From Bacillota bacterium (GTDB lineage Bacteria > Bacillota > Sulfobacillia > JAJZIM01): a DNA stretch of 64,000 nucleotides. Shown here piece by piece: positions 21,675 through 28,194 of this stretch; positions within the stretch are counted from its first letter, which is position 1; the number at the start of each line of letters is the position of its first letter. The position numbers were made by a program, and so were the translations under genes. The notes beneath the pieces are model-generated. The model saw only the letters and a list, made by a program, of their open reading frames with translations, ran no database searches and had not been told where the DNA came from. The stretch is taken from contig JAJZIM010000003.1 in the NCBI GenBank assembly GCA_021810565.1, positions 8,911-72,910 of the forward strand, written 5' to 3'.

Positions 21675-22053
21675 ATGCCGTTCATGGCGGCCCGCGACAT
21701 GGTGCTGCTCGAGGTGACCTTCGGCGCATCTGCCAGGCGCCCCCTGCTGGTGGATACCGGGGGCTTTGTTGACCACCATCTGCTGCCTGACCGCCCGGAG
21801 GCTGGGGTTGGATATCGAAAGGCCACGGCGATGGAGGCAACTGATGGGGATCGATGGGCAAAGCCAGCGGGTGCCGGTGGTGGATCCGGGTCGTGTGGTC
21901 ATCGGCTCTTTGGTACTGCCGCTGTCGGAAGTCGTGGTTACGGATCTGTTGGCAGTTTTCAGGGCGGACGGCTTGCTGGGCCTCGATGCGTTGCAGCACT
22001 TTCGTGTCACCTTGGAGTTTGACACTCGCTATCTGGTGCTGCGGCCTCTTTGA
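21675..22053 (+). pseudogene. retropepsin-like (clan AA) aspartic protease interrupted by a +1 frameshift in a G5 run at the catalytic DTGA motif
   Basis: Frame A reads '...ARRPLLVDTGG'. Frame B reads 'LLTTICCLTARRLGLD...VVIGSLVLPLSEVVVTDLLAVFRADGLLGLDALQHFRVTLEFDTRYLVL'. Deleting one G of GGGGG (21759-21763) gives 'LLVDTGALLTTICC...'. Confidence 0.7.
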
Positions 22054-22116
22054 CTGCCTTGAAAAACGGCAACTTTGCATCGGCGGTGACATTCACTGGA
22101 CTGCGGGGAGGGATGA

Positions 22117-22740
22117 GTGGTGGACGAGGGCTTCCGGGAGGCGGTGACCCCTTACGAGAGCGGTGAGGCGGGAGGGATTCCCTGGCCTTGGAGCGTGCCC
22201 GACGGGGCGTGGAGCTGGGAGCTCTTCTGCGCCCTGCCCGAGGACGGCAACCGCTACGAGGTGATCGGGGGGAAGCTGGTCATGAGTCCGCCGCCGAAGA
22301 CGGGGCATCAAGCGGTGAGCATGCAGTTGGCGCTGCAGTTGGGCCACTGGGCGAAGCGCACCGGGGCCGGGAAGGTCTTCGCCGCGCCGTTGGCGGTGGC
22401 CCTCCCGAACACGGGGAGCTACCTGGAGCCGAACCTCCTCTTCGTCGCCCGGGAGCACCGGTCGATCATTACCCCCGACAACGTGCAGGGGCCACCGGAT
22501 TTGGTGGTGGAGATCCTGTCCCCCGGCAGCCTCCGGGCCGATTGGGTGGACAAGAAGGCGGTGTACGAAAAGGCGCTCGTCCCCCGCTACTGGGTGGTGG
22601 ATCCCGAGGCGAAAACCCTGACCGCCTTCCGGTTGGCCGAGGGCAGGTACCAACTGGAGGGGCGGTACACCGGCGAGGCATCCTTCACGCCGGAGGGCCT
22701 CCCGGACCTCACGGTGGATCTGGCCGCGGTGTGGGACTGA
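22117..22740 (+). CDS. Uma2-family (DUF820) endonuclease, copy 2 (paralog of 20707..21324)
   Basis: Near-identical 3' half at the nt level. N-terminal half diverged. Confidence 0.8.
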   Translation: MVDEGFREAVTPYESGEAGGIPWPWSVPDGAWSWELFCALPEDGNRYEVIGGKLVMSPPPKTGHQAVSMQLALQLGHWAKRTGAGKVFAAPLAVALPNTGSYLEPNLLFVAREHRSIITPDNVQGPPDLVVEILSPGSLRADWVDKKAVYEKALVPRYWVVDPEAKTLTAFRLAEGRYQLEGRYTGEASFTPEGLPDLTVDLAAVWD

Positions 22741-22757
22741 AGGAGGGGGGGAAACAA

Positions 22758-23363
22758 ATGAGCAAGAAGCGGGGCGCGGATCTGGTGTATCAGTTCAAGG
22801 TGACTTTGCAGGGCGTCCGGCCGCCCATCTGGCGGCGCATCCAGATCTTAGGGGACTGCACCTTCTGGGACCTGCACGTGGCGATTCAGGACGCCATGGG
22901 CTGGGAGATGGAGCACCTGCACGCCTTCAACCTGCCCTCCCTGGGCCGCGACACGGACATCGGCGTGCCGGAGGAAGAGGAGGGCTCCTTCGGCGCGTTC
23001 TTGGACGGGGTGTGGGGGCGAAGGACGCTGCCCGGCTGGAAGGTGCGCGTGGCCGACTACTTGAACTTGAACCAACCCGTGGCTTTTTACACCTACGATT
23101 TTGGCGACGACTGGGTGCACAAGCTGAAGCTGGAGAAGATCCTGCCGCGGGAGGAGGGGCCATATCCCCGCTGCCTGGCCGGCAAGCGGGCCTGCCCGCC
23201 CGAAGACTGCGGGGGCGTGGGAGGATATGCGGCGCTGGTGGCGGGGGAGTACGAGGAGGGTGAGGAGCTGTTCGGGACTTTTGATCCGGAGGCCTTCGAC
23301 CCGAACGGCGTGTCCTTCAACGATCCGGCGGCGATGCTCCAGTTCGTGCTTGCCGAGAGGTAG
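22758..23363 (+). CDS. plasmid pRiA4b ORF-3-like family protein
   Basis: 'LVYQFKVTLQGVRPPIWRRIQILGDCTFWDLHVAIQDAMGWEMEHLHAF' and 'CPPEDCGGVGGY' are characteristic of this family. Confidence 0.7.
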   Translation: MSKKRGADLVYQFKVTLQGVRPPIWRRIQILGDCTFWDLHVAIQDAMGWEMEHLHAFNLPSLGRDTDIGVPEEEEGSFGAFLDGVWGRRTLPGWKVRVADYLNLNQPVAFYTYDFGDDWVHKLKLEKILPREEGPYPRCLAGKRACPPEDCGGVGGYAALVAGEYEEGEELFGTFDPEAFDPNGVSFNDPAAMLQFVLAER

Positions 23364-23371
23364 CCGACGGT

Positions 23372-23587
23372 GTGCCGGGCGGGCCGCCTGTCGGCGTCCG
23401 GGGGAAGCGGGGGATTCCCCGGCCTTGGAGTGTGTCCGACGGGGCGTGGACTTGGGAGCTCTTGTGTGCCCTACCCGATGGCCCCGACCGCTGGGAGACG
23501 ATCGGCGGAGGCAGGGGAGATGAGCCAGCCGCCGCAGGTGAGCCACCGGAGGGCTTCGCGCCAAGCCATGATGTAGGTATATTATGA
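23372..23587 (+). pseudogene. Uma2-family endonuclease N-terminal remnant
   Basis: 'GIPRPWSVSDGAWTWELLCALPDGPDRWETIGG' matches the N-termini of the two Uma2 genes, then degenerates. Confidence 0.5.
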
Positions 23588-23595
23588 GGTGAGCA

Positions 23596-23832
23596 ATGAT
23601 GGATAAAGGGATGGTCCGCAAGCAGCTGTATCTTGCCGCGGAGCAGGAGATGGCCCTGAAGCGGCGGGCCACGGAGGAGAGGACGTCGGAAGCGGCGGTT
23701 GTCCGCAAGGCCTTGGGCCTGTATTTGGCCCGCAGGCCTCGGGGGAGGCGAAACCCACTGCGGGAACTGGTGGGAGCGGTGAGGTTGGGTGGCCAACACG
23801 CCTCCGAACGGCATGACGACGCCATCTATTAG
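23596..23832 (+). CDS. ribbon-helix-helix antitoxin (VapB/CopG-like)
   Basis: 'KQLYLAAEQEMALKRRATEERTSEAAVVRKAL'. Overlaps the downstream PIN gene. Confidence 0.65.
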   Translation: MMDKGMVRKQLYLAAEQEMALKRRATEERTSEAAVVRKALGLYLARRPRGRRNPLRELVGAVRLGGQHASERHDDAIY

Positions 23833-24262
23833 CCAGGCGATCTTCATCTACACCTCCGCCTTCGTTGCCCTCTTGGCGGCGGACGACGAACATCACGAGG
23901 CTGCAGGGAGCTTTTGGGCGCCTTTGGCGGACACGGTGGTGCAGGAAACCACCTGGGGTGCGGTCAGCGAGACCTATACCGGGTGCCGGGTGCGGACGCG
24001 GGATGACCGATTGGCTGGGCGGTGGCTGGATCAGGTGGAGGCGGGGGAGAGCATCGGTTATCCGCAGGCGCTGCTTCCGGATCAACCCAGGGATCGACTG
24101 GCTCGTTCCTCGCCGCGAAAGTTCAGCGACCAGAACCCATCGTACGTGGACGCCGTCAGCTTGGCCGTGCCGCAGGTGCAAGAGATCGACGCGGCTTTTC
24201 CCTTCGATCGGCAGCTTTCCTTGGGCGGCGTGCCCCTGCTGCCGGGCTCCCTCGGCTCGTGA
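23813..24262 (+). CDS. PIN-domain toxin (VapC-like)
   Basis: 'IFIYTSAFVALLAADDEHH' and 'SYVDAVSLAV...IDAAFPFD' show the conserved acidic residues. Confidence 0.65.
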   Translation: MTTPSISQAIFIYTSAFVALLAADDEHHEAAGSFWAPLADTVVQETTWGAVSETYTGCRVRTRDDRLAGRWLDQVEAGESIGYPQALLPDQPRDRLARSSPRKFSDQNPSYVDAVSLAVPQVQEIDAAFPFDRQLSLGGVPLLPGSLGS

Positions 24263-24295
24263 CCCCGACCGGTTTTTCGGCAAGGAGGACACTGC

Positions 24296-24682
24296 GTGAA
24301 CCGGGAGGACGTGCTGACGGAATTTTTGACCTCTTGGGAAAGACGGCTGGCGGCGCACCGTGCCCAACTGCGGGCCGAGGCCAAACGGCTGGCCGCAGGC
24401 TTCGCCCGGGCGGGGGCCCAAAGGGTGCTGCTCTTCGGTTCGACCGCCTGCGGCCGGGCCGGTTTCGCCAGCGACCTGGACCTGGTGGTGGTAGCCCCGG
24501 TGGACCCTGAAATTCCCGTGCCGCACCGCATGAGAGACGTCTTGACCGCATTGAACCCGCGGTCCCCGGTGGACCTTTTGGTCTACACGCCCTCGGAGTG
24601 GGAGCGGCTGCAAGACGAGCGGCGTTTCGTGCGGGAGGAGTTGGCGGAGAAGGGAGTGGTGCTCTACGAGCGAGCTGGATGA
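24296..24682 (+). CDS. nucleotidyltransferase-domain protein (MNT-type antitoxin)
   Basis: 'VLLFGSTACGRAGFASDLDLVVV' is a GS...DxD pol-beta NTase motif. Confidence 0.75.
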   Translation: MNREDVLTEFLTSWERRLAAHRAQLRAEAKRLAAGFARAGAQRVLLFGSTACGRAGFASDLDLVVVAPVDPEIPVPHRMRDVLTALNPRSPVDLLVYTPSEWERLQDERRFVREELAEKGVVLYERAG

Positions 24683-24686
24683 CGCG

Positions 24687-25127
24687 TTGCGCTGGGTCGA
24701 GCAGGCGGCCATGGACCTGGAAGTGGCGACGAAGCTTGCGGAAACGCATCCCAACGTGGGCTGCTTCATGGCCCAGCAGGCCGCCGAGAAGGCGATGCAA
24801 GGGGTGCTGCTGGCCTTGGGGGAGAAGCCTGCGCGCACCCACTCCGTGGTCGATCGGTATGACCGGCTGCCCGAACTGCAGGGGCTTCTGGGTGAGCGGG
24901 ACGGCTTTTTGCTGCTCGACCTGTACTACATCCCCACCCGCTATCCGGACGCCTTGCCGGGGGCGATCCCCGCCCGGCACTTCTCCGCTGGCCAGGCCAG
25001 GCAGGCGGCGCGCCTGGCGGAGCAGGCGGTGGGCGCCTGTGCTCAGGCGCTGGAGCGCATGCGGGAACGCTTCACCGCCGGTTCGCCTCAAGGTGGGGAA
25101 ACCACCGAAACCTCGGGCCCGGGATAG
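24687..25127 (+). CDS. HEPN-domain protein (partner of MNT)
   Basis: 'DLEVATKL...GCFMAQQAAEKAMQGVLLALG...HSVVD' is a HEPN helical core. Directly downstream of the MNT gene. Confidence 0.7.
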   Translation: MRWVEQAAMDLEVATKLAETHPNVGCFMAQQAAEKAMQGVLLALGEKPARTHSVVDRYDRLPELQGLLGERDGFLLLDLYYIPTRYPDALPGAIPARHFSAGQARQAARLAEQAVGACAQALERMRERFTAGSPQGGETTETSGPG

Positions 25128-25368
25128 CGCCGGCGGCTTTCGGGTGACCGGAGGCTCCCAACGCGGGGCGGTGGCCGTGATCACGGCCTCGCTCGGCAGG
25201 GGCCCGGGGGGCCGAAGCGGCGGCAGCGGCCTGCCCGCCGGGCCTATCCGGCCATCGACCGCGCGTTCCTCACCCAGGACCGCCGGGCCGCATGCGTTGC
25301 GGCAGGGGCTAATAAGCCGGGAGGAACCGGTTCGGCAAGGCCCCAAGGCGCCGCGGCGGATCGGACGC

Positions 25369-25777
25369 CTACAGGGGCTCCAGCTCGGCGCCCAAGCGTC
25401 GGAAATGCGTTTCGTCGAAGGTGCAGATGCGGGGCTTGCCCGAAGCCTGGGCGTGACGAAAGAGGTAGGTGTCGACGAAGTCCAGGTTGTGGCGGCGAAA
25501 GTCCTCCAGGGCGGCCAGCAGCACCTCCCGCTCCTCCGGCTGCACCCCTGCCGCGCCGCGGAAGTCGCCGAGGGTGGTCGAGATCGCGTCGCGCTCATGC
25601 CCGTAAAAGGAGTCCAGCACCCACACCACCTCCGCCACGGTCAGGGGAGAAACGAGCAGGATGAGGGTGCCATCTTCCGCCCGGTGAAGAGGCCGGCGGC
25701 GCGCCGGAAGCGGTCCGCCTGATCCCGCAGCAGGTACCGGAGGATCACGTTGGCGTCCAGCCAGAGCGTCGCCTTCA
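25369..25777 (-). pseudogene. PIN-domain (VapC-like) gene with an internal frameshift
   Basis: N-terminus 'MKATLWLDANVILRYLLRDQADRFRRAAGLF' in one frame. 'AEDGTLILLVSPLTVAEVVWVL...NLDFVDTYLFRHAQASGKPRICTFDETHFRRL' in another. Junction ~25665-25695. No antitoxin ORF between it and panB. Confidence 0.55.
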
Positions 25778-25908
25778 TCCGCCTCGTTCCGGCTGGGCGG
25801 CCACCCTTCGCCGGGTCCGTTGTGCTTCGGGAAACGCCCGTGGTCCATTACCTGCGGTCGGCATGCCCGCCGCCCCGGCGCATATCTTGCAAGGTGGGAG
25901 TGATCAGG

Positions 25909-26760
25909 ATGGACAAGAAGGTGACCCTGCCCGGCCTTAGGGACCTCAAGCGGGCCGGGAAGAAGCTGCGCATGGTGACCGCCTACGACTTCGCCCAGGC
26001 TGGAGTGGTGGACCGAAGCGAGGTGGAACTGATCCTGGTGGGCGACTCCTTGGGCAATGCCGTCCTGGGCTACGCCGACACGGTGCCGGTGACCCTGGAG
26101 GAGATGCTGCACCACACCCGGGCGGTGGTGCGGGGGGCCGCCCGGACGCCGGTGGTGGCGGACCTGCCCTTCCTCTCCTATCAGGTGAGCATCGAGGAGG
26201 CGGTCAGAAGCGCCGGCCTTCTGATGAAGGCGGGGGCCGCGGGGGTGAAGCTGGAGGGGGGAACGCCCTTCTTGGAGACGGTGGCCCGGCTCACCGCCGT
26301 GGGCATCCCGGTGATGGGGCACCTGGGACTCACTCCCCAGCGGGTGCACGAATTCGGGGGGTACAAGGTGCAGGGGAAGGCGGCCTCCCAGGCCGAGGCC
26401 ATTCTCGACGACGCCTTGGCCCTGGAGCGGGTGGGGATTTTCGCCTTGGTGCTGGAGTGCGTGCCGGCTCCCGTGGCGAGGATCATCACCGAGCAGCTGG
26501 CCATCCCCACCATCGGCATCGGGGCGGGGCCGCATTGCGACGGGCAGGTGCTGGTGCTGCACGACCTTCTGGGCCTGACCCAGGGGATGCGGCCGAAATT
26601 CGTCAAGCGCTACCTGCAGGGGGCGGACCTGGCGGGCAAGGCCCTGGCGGACTACTGCCGGGAGGTGGCCGAAGGGATCTTTCCGGGCCCGGAGCACTCC
26701 TTCACCATGCCCGAGGAGCAGGAGCGGCTTTTGCGTGACGTCCTGGACGGGCGGCGCTGA
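25909..26760 (+). CDS. panB: 3-methyl-2-oxobutanoate hydroxymethyltransferase
   Basis: 'LRMVTAYDFAQAGVVD...ELILVGDSLGNAVLGY...GAAGVKLEGG'. Confidence 0.9.
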   Translation: MDKKVTLPGLRDLKRAGKKLRMVTAYDFAQAGVVDRSEVELILVGDSLGNAVLGYADTVPVTLEEMLHHTRAVVRGAARTPVVADLPFLSYQVSIEEAVRSAGLLMKAGAAGVKLEGGTPFLETVARLTAVGIPVMGHLGLTPQRVHEFGGYKVQGKAASQAEAILDDALALERVGIFALVLECVPAPVARIITEQLAIPTIGIGAGPHCDGQVLVLHDLLGLTQGMRPKFVKRYLQGADLAGKALADYCREVAEGIFPGPEHSFTMPEEQERLLRDVLDGRR

Positions 26761-27686
26761 TGCGGATCGGCGTGGTGGGGGTGGGGGCCCTGGGCACCCT
26801 CTTCGCCGTGAAGCTGATCGCGGCGGGACACGAGATGGTGCTCCACGTTCCCCGGGAAACCACCCGGGAGCTGATCCTGCGCCGCGGCCTGGTCCTGCAG
26901 CGGGGGAGGTCGAAGGAGGCGGCACGGCCGGCGGCCGTGGTGGCCGACCCCGCCCAGGCCGCCCCCGCCCAGCTGGTGCTCTTCTTGGTCAAGGCCTGCG
27001 CCACGCAGGAGGCGGCCCCGGCGGCGGCCAAGCTTCGTGCCGCGGACGGGGTGGTGCTGTCCCTGCAAAACGGCCTGGGCAACCTGGAGATCCTGGAGCG
27101 GCGCGTGGGCGCGGGAGGGGTGCTGGGCGGGGTCACGGCCCAGGGGGCCTACCTGCGGGAGCCGGGCTGGGCGGTGCACGCCGGGGAGGGGCCCACGGTG
27201 CTGGGGGAGCCGGCGGGCAAGGCGTCCCCCCGGGTGGAGCGCGTCGTCCAAGTTCTTACGGCGGCCGACCTACCGGCCCAGGTCACGAACGACTTGGAGG
27301 GACAGCTTTGGGAGAAGGTTTTGCTGAACGGCGGGATCAACCCCCTCACCGCGCTGCTTCGCGTGCGAAACGGTATGCTGCGGGAGGGCCCGGCGGCCGA
27401 GCTTTTGGCCCTGGCGGTGGCCGAGGGGGCCGCGGTGGCCCGGGCCCGGGGAGTGGAGCTTCCCCACCCGGATCCGGTGGCCCTGGCCCGGGAGGTGGTG
27501 GCGGCCACGGCGCGCAACCGCTCCTCCATGCTGCAGGATTTGACCCGGGGACGGCCCACGGAGGTGGAGCAGATCTCGGGGGTCATATGCCGGGAGGGGG
27601 AGCGTCTGGGGGTGCCCACCCCGGTGAACCGGGTGCTGGCGCTCCTGGTGCGGGCCGCAACGCGAAAAACCGGCAACTTTTTTTAA
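26760..27686 (+). CDS. panE: 2-dehydropantoate 2-reductase (ketopantoate reductase)
   Basis: 'MRIGVVGVGALGTLFAVKL' Rossmann N-terminus. ApbA C-terminal domain. Adjacent to panB. Confidence 0.8.
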   Translation: MRIGVVGVGALGTLFAVKLIAAGHEMVLHVPRETTRELILRRGLVLQRGRSKEAARPAAVVADPAQAAPAQLVLFLVKACATQEAAPAAAKLRAADGVVLSLQNGLGNLEILERRVGAGGVLGGVTAQGAYLREPGWAVHAGEGPTVLGEPAGKASPRVERVVQVLTAADLPAQVTNDLEGQLWEKVLLNGGINPLTALLRVRNGMLREGPAAELLALAVAEGAAVARARGVELPHPDPVALAREVVAATARNRSSMLQDLTRGRPTEVEQISGVICREGERLGVPTPVNRVLALLVRAATRKTGNFF

Positions 27687-27932
27687 TGAAGGCGCTGTCG
27701 GCAGCAGGTTTTTCCGAGTTCGACAGCGAAGAGAACCCGCAAGAGAGGGAGCAATCGCTCCCGGAGGGAGGGGTTGGGAGGCGTTAATAAAAAGTTCACG
27801 GTTTCCGGCCCAAAAAAACCGGCATTTTCTTCGTGGGACGGAAGGATTCCACCGCAGTTTACCGAAAGGTATAATGCTAGGGAGGCTGGGCGGAGGGGAA
27901 AAAAATCCCCCTCCACCTGATTGTGGTTTATA

Positions 27933-27961
27933 TTGACCTGCGAGGAAGGGCGTGGTACAAT
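27933..27961 (+). promoter_or_regulatory. strong sigma-A promoter with extended -10 (TTGACC - 17 nt - TGgTACAAT) for the S-layer gene; ~230 nt leader
   Basis: Read in the sequence upstream of 28195. Confidence 0.55.
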
Positions 27962-28194
27962 GTACGTTGCGCCGGAAGACCGGGTGCGGCCGCCCTAGAG
28001 GATCCAGCGATTACCGCCGGGAATCCGTCGCGGCCGGGGAGGAGAAAACGTGTCCGTCACGAAACACCTCCAAGGCTGAAAGATTATGTCTCTTGGATCT
28101 GTAGGGAGGCGCGAAAGGGGGGATTACCCAGAACCCAGGGAGGAGATGAGCAACCTCTTGGCTCCAATGTCGCGAGAGGAGGAGGATTAAAGGT

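Noticed and set aside
25369-26925. 518-aa minus-strand ORF spanning panB antisense
   Set aside because: Only the 3'-terminal ~110 codons (the PIN domain) are meaningful. The rest is antisense to panB/panE.
27787-27830. Terminator after panE (GGTTTCCGGCCCAAAAAAACCGGCATTTTC)
   Set aside because: The stem complementarity is imperfect and short, so it was not called with confidence.
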